From assembly GCA_964016885.1 (NCBI GenBank), contig OZ024740.1, positions 97,588,001-97,652,000 of the forward strand: a stretch of DNA of 64,000 nt, read 5' to 3'. The translations under genes were made by a program, and so were the position numbers. Below the pieces are notes generated by a model that had not been told where the DNA came from, ran no database searches, and saw only the letters and a program-made list of their open reading frames with translations. The stretch is from Eledone cirrhosa (taxonomy: Eukaryota). Positions within the stretch are counted from its first letter, which is position 1, and every line of letters starts with the position of its first letter. Below, in pieces: positions 42,697-53,606 of the stretch.

Positions 42697-42763
42697 TTTT
42701 ATCTGATGAAAACACAAATATTATTGCATGATGATATTTGTTTTTGAAATGCGCATAATAAAA
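42697..42763 (+). ncRNA. Type I hammerhead ribozyme motif with intact core
   Basis: TTTTAT-CTGATGA-AAACACAAATATTATT(gcat)GATGATATTTGTTTTT-GAAAT-GCGC-ATA-ATAAAA. It has a 6-bp stem I, long stem II, palindromic stem III ATGCGCAT and an AUA triplet. Confidence 0.7.
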
Positions 42764-42795
42764 TATATGGAACTCTTTTAACCATCTATTGTTCT

Positions 42796-42862
<67 letters not shown>

Positions 42863-42863
<1 letters not shown>

Positions 42864-43225
42864 GTTCATTATAGTCCTCCAAGCCATAACAGACTAGTAT
42901 AAAACTGGCTCTTCATCGGAACTTCTCTATGTTGACGATATGGCTCTTAGACCAGAATCAGTAGAGGAGCTACAGAATAAATTCTGGCTATGGAAATAGC
43001 AAAAGTGTTGATGAGTAGAAAAACGTCGAAACACTGATTCCGTCACGTTCGATATGCAGAAAAGGAACTGGCATAAATTCTATAAAATGCACACAATGCA
43101 GATATTGGGTACACAATAGATGTAGTGGGATAGCAGACAAACTAACAGGTAGGGAGAAATACGTATGCAGTAGATATACAGGGAAATTAGACAGTAGAAG
43201 TCACATTGATAGACACATTTTTCAA
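42863..43225 (+). mobile_element. RTE internal fragment (YADD region to PHD-like finger), degenerate
   Basis: Aligns to 9610-10020 with deletions. Confidence 0.85.
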
Positions 43226-43314
43226 TCCCGACGGCAGAGCTCAAGCCGTTTCGATGGCTATTTCTAGACTCCAGAAATAGCCATCGAAACGGCTTGAGCT
43301 CTGCCGTCGGGATT
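43224..43314. repeat. Perfect 42-bp-arm palindrome with 7-nt loop
   Basis: AATCCCGACGGCAGAGCTCAAGCCGTTTCGATGGCTATTTCT agactcc AGAAATAGCCATCGAAACGGCTTGAGCTCTGCCGTCGGGATT. Confidence 0.97.
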
Positions 43315-43408
43315 AAACATTTTCCTATTACCCACTCTACTACCCAGAGTATTGAGTACTCTGGTGCGTTATGGTCCATCTGGTTCCTTACCACACCTCC
43401 TTCGTTTT

Positions 43409-43444
<36 letters not shown>

Positions 43445-43456
<12 letters not shown>

Positions 43457-43539
43457 AGTACATATATATGTGTGTGTGAGTGTGTGTACATATATGGGTT
43501 TAAGAGTGTGGTTTTTTGCGGGAGTGTGGGAGTAAAAGA

Positions 43540-43592
<53 letters not shown>

Positions 43593-45780
43593 TATGTGTG
43601 TATATATATCTATATGTATGTGTATATATATATGTGTGTGTGTGTATATATATATGCGTATATATGTATATATATGTGTATATATGTATATATATGTCTG
43701 TGTCTGTGTGCGTGCGTGCGTGTGTGTTTAAATGTGCTTGTAGACACCTGAAACATAGATTAAAAGAAACATAACAATAAGGAGAGGCACCCCAAATCTG
43801 AACTTGTTTATAGAATTCTTTCAGCCTTTGTCACTCTAAAGAAAGTTTTAAAGACTTAACATTTAAAGAATTCCTCTTTCTTTAAACACATCTACCAATG
43901 AACTCCACCCATCCTGTAGACACCTGAAATATAGGCATTGTTAGCTTAAGAGAAACTTAAAAATAAGGATTGGTACTCCAATCTGAACTTGTTTATAATA
44001 TTCTTTTGCCTTTCTCACTCTAAATATAAATTATAGCTTTAAAGAATTCCTTTTTCTTTAAACCCCTCAACCATTGGCCTCCACCCATCCCAATCCTCAC
44101 CCTCTCCTACCACCAGAAAATATAGAAAAACCATCATATTTAATTGCACAGTCAGCTTCCTGATTATTTCTCACACATGAAACAGTTCTAGTCCTGTAGA
44201 AGCTTTTCTATATTAAACATATATACTCTGCTATGTATTGAGTACCTTACTTACTGTCGTTACCCTCGATTAAACCCGGAATCATCATCATCATCATCAT
44301 CATTTTACGTCCGCTTTTCCCTGTACATCTACTGCATACATATTTCTCCCTAGCTGTTATTTGCGTGCTATCGCACTACATCTCTTGTGTACCCAGGATC
44401 TGCATTGTGTGCATTTTATAGAATTTATGCCAGTTCCTTTTCTGCATATCGAACATGGCCATTTCCCTGACGGAATCAGAGTTTTGTCCCCTTTTCTACT
44501 CATCAACACTTTTGTCATAGCTAGGTTCACTCTTAGTCCTCTTGCTTCCAACTGCTGTTTCCCTAGCCAGAATTTATTCTCTAGCTCCTCTACTTATTCT
44601 GCTATAAGAAGCAGATCATCAGCATAGAGAAGTTCCCATGGACAGCCAGTCTTAAACACCTTTGTTATGGCTTGGGGGACTATAATGAACAAGAGCAGGT
44701 TGCAAACCGAACCTTGTATCTGGAATTCCTCACAAAACTCCATTCCTACCCTGACTTTACTGACAGCACCTCTGTACAAAGTTTGCACTGTCCTCACAAG
44801 CCATTCCTCAACACCTAGTTTCATTAGGGACCACCAGATGACAGATCGGGGTATCCTATCAAAGGCCTTTTCTCGGTCAACAAAAGCTAAATATAGTGGC
44901 TTATTCTTCTCTAAGAACCTCTCTTGTAATTGTCTCACCAAGAAGAGGGCATCTGTTGTACTTTTCCCAGGCACAAAACCCAACTGCATCTCATCTAGTT
45001 TGAACCTTTCTCTAATTAGTTGTGCTAATATCCTTTCTGCCACTTTCATCAGTTTTATACTCCTATAATTGCTCCTCTCCAGAGCATCCCCTTTACCTTT
45101 GTAGCTATTTATGAGAATACTGTTGCACCAGTCTTTGCATATGACACCACCATATATAGCCTGATTGATGATGCGTGCAACCAGTTTAGTGCCTACGTCC
45201 CTTGATGCCTTCAGCATCTCACCAACTATCCCCGACGGACAAGCAGCCTTACCATTTTTCATTTCCTTAATCACCTCTTGGACCCTATATTCGTCAATCT
45301 CAATAGCTGGTCCCTCTGTCGGATCTACTGAGGGTAATTTCTCTCTCTCCCATTCATTCTCCACATTCATCAGTCTCTCACAATGACATTTCCAGGCCTC
45401 CTTTTTCTGATCATTCATGACACTAAGTACACTGGCATCATTCCGGACACATTTATCTCCAACAACATCCTGATTTGCATTGACACACTGCTTTGCAATG
45501 TGGAACACCGCACGCCTCTGAGCTTCGCATCGCAGAACATTGGCAAACCTTCTTACAGCGGGACAGGCAGATGTTGTCAAATACCAAGGCATACCCTGGG
45601 GAAGAATGTACGCCACAGCATAGGTTAGTTGTTAGTGATATCTCAGTAAGCAAGAGATGGAATGAGACATACAGGAAGGTTGGGAGAAGAAAGGTCTGGA
45701 AGCTAAAAGACTTTTCAATAACTTATATATATATATATATATATAAATATATATATATATTGTATTTTACGATACACTGT
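43445..45780. repeat. Right arm of the ~2.4-kb inverted duplication (contains the mirrored RTE at 44281-45720, minus strand)
   Basis: Reverse complement of 39014-41408. Confidence 0.95.
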
Positions 45781-46256
45781 TTGCACGTTTACTCATTGTT
45801 TCGCTTTCGAATCTTCCTCCTGTATTGCGTCGTTTTATCATCAAAATATTTTTCTCGTTTTGGTAAGTTATATTGTTTATTTATATATGATTTTTTAAAT
45901 TTATATTAACATTTTTTTTTCAGTTCGTTATAACATGCTTATAATATTGGTTGTATCATATTTACTTCTATATTTGTCCATATTATTTTTCGTTTTATGT
46001 TAGATTATTTTATTATTATTATGTTAGATTATTTGTATGTAATATTTAATTTTTATTAATTCAACTATAACAATTATTATGTAAAATATATTTATTTAAT
46101 ATTGATTGTTTTTTATAGTTGTTTACATTAAAAGTCTGAAAACATTTATAAAATAACGATTATATAATCTAATTACTTTACAACGATAATTTATTATTCA
46201 TATATATCATGTTTAACACTACAGTTATTACAAGCGTTGCCATAAAGAAATATTAA

Positions 46257-46703
46257 ACTAGACCTGAAAAATGCGCAGGCTCAAAAGAGCCACAGAATGT
46301 TATAATAAACCTTCAAAAGTGTGGGACTAGTATTGTTGTTCAACAATATTGTAATCATTATCTATCGTACACTCTGTGGCATCCTTTTATTAAAAAAAAG
46401 AGACTCATAACGAACTCAAGACGGCACGATAATTATTTAAGTGAATTTATAATATAGAATTCGGTTGAAGTGCATTTCGTATTAATCATTACTAAACATC
46501 TAATATGAGATATTGAACATTAACTTAAATAATTATCATGTCGTCTTGAGTTCGTTATGAGTCTCTTTTTTATAAGAGGATGCCACAGAGTGTACGATAG
46601 ATAATGATTACAATATTTTTTAGCAACAACTCTAGTCCCTCACTTTTGAAGGTATTATAACATTATGTGGCTCTTTTGAGCTTGCGCATTTTTCAGGTCT
46701 AGT
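46257..46703. repeat. Foldback P-D: ~185-bp arms (46257-46442 / 46523-46703), 80-nt spacer, no hammerhead seen
   Basis: ACTAGACCTGAAAAATGCGCA...ATTTAAGT / ACTTAAAT...TGCGCATTTTTCAGGTCTAGT. Confidence 0.93.
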
Positions 46704-48714
46704 ATATATATATTTGCTGAGGGTGGTTTAAATTGTTGTCATATCACATCTAAAGCCCTATTTTGAATTACACTGGTTAACTACTACCCTTTCAAAGACA
46801 TGCTCTGTGCAAATGAATATCCCCACATATACATTATTTGCAAATATCTATATAAACAACTAATTTATTTGGCTTCCATATTGCTGGATAAAACCCTGAA
46901 ATACTAATATTTGGTAACATCAAATAGTTACTGAGATTAATGTGACATCACTACAGCTTAAAATACCCATAATTAGACTTTTATATGTATATCACACATA
47001 CAAATATTGTATAAGCTTCCATAAGCATTCTTTTCTGTATCACACTATTTACTGAAACTTCATACAAGCCCATCAAGCATACACAAATATGCAAATTACA
47101 ATCCTTAAATATATTTTATTTTCAAAAATCCATATAATATATCAGTTGAGTTTGCCTCAGCACCAAATGATCTTGTAACTGAACATGGATAAAAATCTGG
47201 AAATTGCTAGTACTCAGCATTCTCATATGGTTACAACTAACCATGACATGATCACAGCTTAAAATATCCACAGCGAGATGCATATATATTTATAATGCAT
47301 AGACATATTGAATATTTTTCCATATATGTCCTTATTTTCATGCTGCAATAGTGCTAGTGCTAAATATATATATATGCATACATATATAATGTTATATGCA
47401 TACTACATACACATACACATATGTATGCACATTTAGTGTATATGTGATTTATATTCATTTATATTCCTTGTATGTATGTATACATGTATTTATGTGTATA
47501 TATATATATGTGTTTGTGTGTGTATATATATATATATATAAATTATTAATATTCTGTCAAAGAATATGTTTTCAATAAATTCCTCAACAAAAACAGTAAG
47601 CTTTTACAATGAAAGACATCTAGTGAATTTTGTGTGTCAGAAATAGACTAGCATCTCTTTGATTTAAAGACAGACTTTCATTAAATTGCCAAAGAAGCAG
47701 CTTCAAATTGAAGTCTTAAAATGATTAATTTATTTTAATTTCTTTAGTGTTGCATTACAAGAGACCATTATGTTGTTTTAACTAGTAGGTGAGAATCAAA
47801 TGAAAGACAGAAATGAAATTCCATATCATTTAAAGAATATTTAAAGAATATCTTCAAATCATCTTGAAATATTTTCAGCAGTGCTATCAAGAAACAATTT
47901 ATAATGATACAAATTATTTACAGGAACAAAAAAATGAATATTTAAGTTCACATGTATCTATAAATGAATGTTTAGCTGAGTGCATGTATACATTTATGTA
48001 TAAAGTTCGATTAAATTCAAATTATACTCCTGGAAGACCAGGTTTCTATTCCAAGTTTATTCATTGCTTTACTTGTCAGATTTGAACAAATGTTCTGCTA
48101 CTGATCATCAAGTACACTAGCACTACATATTTCATTGTTGGATCATCCGCAACTTAACCAACAACCACATTTTAGCGTGACTCAGTTGTGTATAGAGGGA
48201 GGATGAATATCTAAGCAGGGCAAAAGCAATACCTGCCGATAAGGTGGATGAACAGAACAAAGAGTCAATGAATATCAGTCAAACCAATACATGGAGTGGT
48301 GTCTTATTAAGACTTTTAAGCCTAATATTCCTGACACTCTTATCAACTACGGTACATCATTGTCTTCTTCAGGAAAAAAATGAAATTGCTTACCATTTAA
48401 TACACGTGTGATTTAGGCAGGTGAAGTTCTTGATAAGTAAGAGGAGCAGCCAAAGTGGTTTAAGTCAGTCTAGGCTAGGCGTATCACTATATTCTTTTTA
48501 CAGACATTTAGATCCCACAGTGAGGAAAGGTGCACCCACAGGTACTGACTGTTGATAAGTGATATTATTCTTTCATTGATGTTCCCAACAGACATGTGCC
48601 ATTCATTCCTTCTATTTGTGTATTGTATACTGGTTTGCACCTCTTAAATATGTGTAATATCAAGAAATTAATACGATTTATTATTGCTTTTTAGTTATTT
48701 TCATATTTGCATAT

Positions 48715-49030
48715 ATGTAAGTAAAAAAGGCAAAGTCACCCTTCGGTCATGAAAATTCCACCAAGAGACAAATGTTGGCAAAGTGCTTTTTTGGAGGCCC
48801 GGCAGTTGCCTATGCATGCCAGTCTCCCCCCCCCCCCCCCCCAGGGAAAGGCAAAGGTCACTACAACTTTGTACCAGTGATGTCACAACTCATTTCTACA
48901 GTTGAGTAAACTGGAGCAACATGAAATAAAGTCTTTGTTCAAGGAAACAACATACTGCCTGGGCCAGAAATCGACCTTACAACTTCATGAGGGTGAATTC
49001 AACTCTCACTCCACTAAACCACGTACCTTC
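48715..49030 (-). mobile_element. Diverged SINE related to family B (different tail)
   Basis: CTCATTTCTACAGTTGAGTAAACTGGAGCAACATGAAATAAAG...CCACTAAACCACG matches the family B head and core. Confidence 0.65.
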
Positions 49031-49372
49031 ACATGTATGTACCACATTTACATTATGTAACAACAATTCTGCTGGTAGAATTACCTACTCTACAGAGCCT
49101 CTGCATTACTCACCAAGAAAACATTTTGTATCATTTTCCTTTGACCACAAGGACTCTAGAAGATGCTACATTTTTCACACAACATAAATACATTTTTCTT
49201 CTCACACCACACAGTCTCACCTGATTTTGGCTACATTGATGGCAGAACCGACTTTGGTTTCGTTTCTACAACTGGATGCCTTTCAAAGCACCAACCTCAT
49301 TTACAGTTGGCGCGTTTTTGTCATGACGCCTACAGGACCACTTTACAGTGTGGACTGGTTGCTTTATATGTA

Positions 49373-49426
<54 letters not shown>

Positions 49427-49473
49427 TAAAATAACAGGAGGCTGGACTGGTGTAAATTATTGATAGGTTTATT

Positions 49474-49531
49474 ATACTATGATCATTTCAATGACTGGGT
49501 TCAGTATGAATCCGGTGACATCATCAGGTAT
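49474..49531 (-). ncRNA. Type I hammerhead ribozyme motif
   Basis: Minus strand: ATAC-CTGATGA-tgtcaccggattcatactgaacccagtcatt-GAAAT-GATC-ATA-GTAT, with palindromic stem III ATGATCAT. Confidence 0.6.
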
Positions 49532-51350
49532 TCAAAATATAACAAAGGAATATAATAGACAAAATCCATGGGGCTGAAAATCAGAGACATGAGGGCGACC
49601 GAATATTTAGCAGCTTCTACCTCGGTCATCCGCCCTCAAGTGTTGATTATTAAGTCTACTTATGATCATCTGGTGAAGGGGTGCAGGCTTATAGTGTACT
49701 ACTACCTCCCTGTAAAAGAAAGAGGCCAGCGTTGAGGTCATGCCACAATCAAGCTGATCATGCGTGCTAGAAAATGCCGCGAAAAAAATGATTTTTCAAA
49801 GAACATATATCTTCAACAAAGACATATATAGTGGGCGTATGTATGGTATAATGTATGGACAGAAATTTCGATTAACAATTAGAAACGTTAACCTTATGTT
49901 TAGAGTTAGAAGATGAAATTAGAAAAATAAGGTTTTAGGTTTAAGTTAAGCGCTAGTAAAAGGAGGCATAATAAAGCTAATAGTTATGATTAAGCTTAGA
50001 ATTTAAAGGTACTATTTGGCGGGCAAAACCGGTGGCGCGGCGGGTTCCCAGTCTGACAGAGCCCAGGGCTAAGCAGCCATTCCGAGTAATTTCATTTACC
50101 GAAAGAAGGAAAATTTTATTTTTCCAAGCACTCAAGGAAGGCTGATCAACCCGAGCACCTGGCCTGCAGTCGGGAAAGCCGCCACATCTGTCGGAATCAT
50201 CGCGTGTACCAAACGATTATTACTTATTCACACCCATGATGTGAGGTTGAAAGTGGTAAAATCCGATGAAATGTGCAAATAGACTATACTTAGTCCCCAG
50301 TTAGTCTGGGTTATATGTAGTGTGGTTCTTGGGTGGGTAGGGGGAGTGAATAAAGATAAACAGATAAGGGTACAGAGAGTAATATTCTAGGGTCGTGTGC
50401 TAATGAGTACAATGATAAGTATATAATGAGAGTAAAGCGAGTAAATAAATACATAAATAAAACTAAGTAAAATATATAAATAAAATGCAGTCATAACTAG
50501 GGTGGTGATGTAGGGAGTTAAAAGGAAGTATATAAAAACATATCGAATAAATCAAAATACAGGGGAAATACAATATAGATCAAGGTGCAGTTGCAGAATA
50601 CAAGGTTATACATATAGATATAGAGGATGGAAGAGTTGGAATGCTATCAGGTGATACCTAGTGTATGTTCGAGTCTTAATTTTCAATGTGAATCCCAAAG
50701 GCCCTGAAGTATAAGATAGAGAATTCAGTCCATACAATACATGTTATAGTAGAATACGTAGATTCTTTTAGGAATCTATGAGGTCTGTCGGAGTCTGAAT
50801 ATTCCCGACAGGGAAGCAGCAATGCATGGTCCAGGTGGGCGGCAGACAAAGCTCAAAGCAACCAAAATCTGAATGCTGTATAGTTAGTCTTATGTTGGCG
50901 ATAGCTGAACACTGGAGTCAGTGCCACTGTTCATTATTACATCTGAAAGTGCTCGATATTTCCTGGAGCATTATTTATTTAGGTTTGTTGGTTCACCACT
51001 GGACAGAACTGATCATTCCGTGTGGTCAACCTCGATGTAATATTATGGAGAGCACTCAACGTAATGCAACACACCCGGCTTCGTTTGTGTAGTTGGTGGT
51101 GCATGTATGGAGTTAATTATTATAAAATAACAGGAGGCTAGACTGGTGTAAATCCTTGAAAGGTTTATTATACTATGATCATTTCAATGACCGGGTTCAG
51201 TATGAATCCGGTGACATAATCAGGTATTCAAAATATAACGAAGGAATATAATAGACAAAACCCATGGGGCTGAAAATCAGAGACATAAGGGCGGCTGAAC
51301 ATTTACCTGATTCTACCTCGGTCGGCCGCCCTCAAGTTTTGATTATTAAG

Positions 51351-51545
51351 GGTGTGGATTGGCAGTATCTGTAGAGGGTTTGACGCCATGCTTTGCAGCA
51401 AAGAGTTACGGCCCTTTATGATCTGAGTTCAAATCCCGCCGAGGTTAACTTTGCCTTTCATCCTTATGGGTTCGATAGAATAAAGTACCAGTAATACACT
51501 GGAACAATTGCTGGTCTTGTGCCAAAAGTAGAAACAATTATTAAG
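51351..51545 (+). mobile_element. SINE family A inserted into the second direct repeat, with 9-bp target-site duplication ATTATTAAG
   Basis: The empty site GATTATTAAGTCTAC is visible in repeat 1 (~49646-49660). ATTATTAAG flanks both ends here. Confidence 0.92.
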
Positions 51546-51669
51546 TCTACTTATGTCCATCTGGTGAAGGGGCGCAGGCTTATAGTGTGCTACTACCTCA
51601 ACACGGAATGACGAGTTCTATCCAGTGGTGGACCAACAAACCTAAATATATATATATACGTATATTTTA

Positions 51670-52735
51670 TATGTGGTCGATGCTCAGGTGCAATAAGTAG
51701 CAAGTGCCCACAGGATACTAGCTCCTTCTATTTCCCAGATGGTTCTATAGAAAAAGTGGACACTGTCTGTTACCTGGGTGACAAAATCAGCAGCGGTGGC
51801 CGGATTCTCTGAAAGTACAGTATCCAGAGCCAGAATGGAATGGAAAAAGTTCAGAGCTAATACCACTATTGGCCACTAAAGGTTTCTCTCTAAAAATGAA
51901 AGGCAGATTGTATGATGGTTGTGTACAAACAGCAATGTTACATGGAAGTGAGACATGGCATTGTGTGCAGATGACCTGCGCAGACCGGAGAGGAATGAAG
52001 CATGCATGTTCTGTTGGATGTGTAATAGTAATATACGTGAACGGCAAAGCATAAATGAACTAAGTGAGAAATTAGGAATAAGAGGGATCAGATGCTGTTT
52101 ACTTGAGAGCTGACTATGTTGGTATGGTCACGTGATGCACATGAAAGATGACAGTTGTATAAAAAAGTGCAGTGTGATCAAATTTGATTGAAGTTACAGA
52201 GTAGGTAGACCCAGAAAAACCTGGGATGATTTGATAAATTCCAACCTTACACACTTACACCTCTACAAGACAATGTCACTGGACTGAGATCTTTGGTGCC
52301 ACGCAGTAATACAGAAGACCCGCCTTGCCTATGTACATAGCGAAACCTACAGTCAGTAGGCACCTCTTAACCAAATATACACCTCATCCTACCCGACCCT
52401 CCCACTCCCACCAACACCAACCTTTCTCTGTAAATGTATGTTGGTACCACAACATTCAGTCCAAAATAAATGAGGTTGTGTAGGTGTCACGACAAAAAAA
52501 CACACAGTCCACGCTGTAATGTTGCCATGTAGGTAACAGGGTAAAAACCTCCCAGTCCACACTGTAAACGTAGTTGGTGTTAGGAAGGGCATCCAGCCAT
52601 AGAATACCTGCCAGACAGTCCTATAGGAGCGAGACACAGTCACCCGACCAATCTTGCCTCAAGTGGGACAATTCCTGTCTAAACCCATGCTATCGTGGAA
52701 GATAGACTTTAAACGATGATGATGATGATGATGAT
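51670..52735 (+). mobile_element. RTE second-subfamily 3' fragment with 3' UTR and (ATG)n tail
   Basis: KGFSLKMKGRLYDGCVQTAMLHGSETW; homologous to 27913-28768. Confidence 0.9.
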
Positions 52736-53342
52736 ACACACACACATATATACACAAGTGTATGTGTCATCATTTAACTCCCATGTTCCTTGCTAGCAGT
52801 GGTGGTACAGGTCTTCACAAACTGAGTTACTACGCAGGTGACCTCACTGTTGAGATGGCTTGAGCTCTTAATTTTCCTTACATAGTGTCCCATGCTTTGT
52901 TGAGGGCATTTCGTTGTGACATCAGGACTAGGAGTATATTTAACACTACTGCAGGAGTGTCTTTAACACTACTGCAGAGTCCTCCAAGCCTTTTATTTTG
53001 CAAGCTTTCTACATATCAATGTTCTCCATATAACACTTTCTTTTGAGGAAATTACACTCCTAGCATATTGGTCTTTGAGGCTATAGCAGATTACATATGC
53101 CCATAGTGCCACGGACAGACATTAACAAAAAATCATGTGGCTGCAAGGCAAATTTCTTAAACACAGAAAGATGAGTTTAGCTAAAATATAATAATTAGAA
53201 TTATACCTCAAAATTTTATATTTCAAAATGAATTCAGTGTACATTCTCAAAACTGCTTCACAAAAATATAGCTTCATGTATTTTGTAAAATATTTATAAG
53301 CATATAAACATACAAACATATTTATTTATTTATATATATTAA

Positions 53343-53465
53343 AATTCATAAATTTTTATAAGTGTGTATGATATGGTAAGACAAGATTTCTAACAATATG
53401 AATTATCATAAAAATGTTCTGAAATGTTCTGAATTTATATATATATATATATATGTAGGTGTGTT

Positions 53466-53499
<34 letters not shown>

Positions 53500-53606
53500 C
53501 TTATTTATATTCATATATTCATGAATATTGAAAATTGTTTTCATAATTTATATTGTTAGAAATCCTGTCACCCCATATCATACATACTTATAAAAATTTA
53601 TGAATT
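53343..53606. repeat. MITE-like inverted repeat, ~64-bp arms
   Basis: AATTCATAAATTTTTATAAGTGTGTATGATATGG...CTAACAATATGAATTAT / ATAATTTATATTGTTAG...CCATATCATACATACTTATAAAAATTTATGAATT. Confidence 0.8.

Larger units (their letters stand above)
42551..42807. repeat. Foldback P-C: ~110-125-bp arms, 19-nt loop, each arm carrying a hammerhead
   Basis: TATAAGAAC...TTTCATCAGATAAAAC / GTTTTATCTGATGAAA...GTTCTTATA. The left arm has a 12-bp internal duplication. Confidence 0.95.
49423..51647 (-). mobile_element. Non-coding element with two ~285-bp direct repeats (49423-49708; 51119-51599), each holding a hammerhead; PLE-derived or retrozyme-like
   Basis: The direct repeats align throughout. HHR motifs lie at 49474-49531 and 51170-51227 (minus strand). 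The terminal 51600-51647 is an inverted copy of ~50975-51023. Confidence 0.7.
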
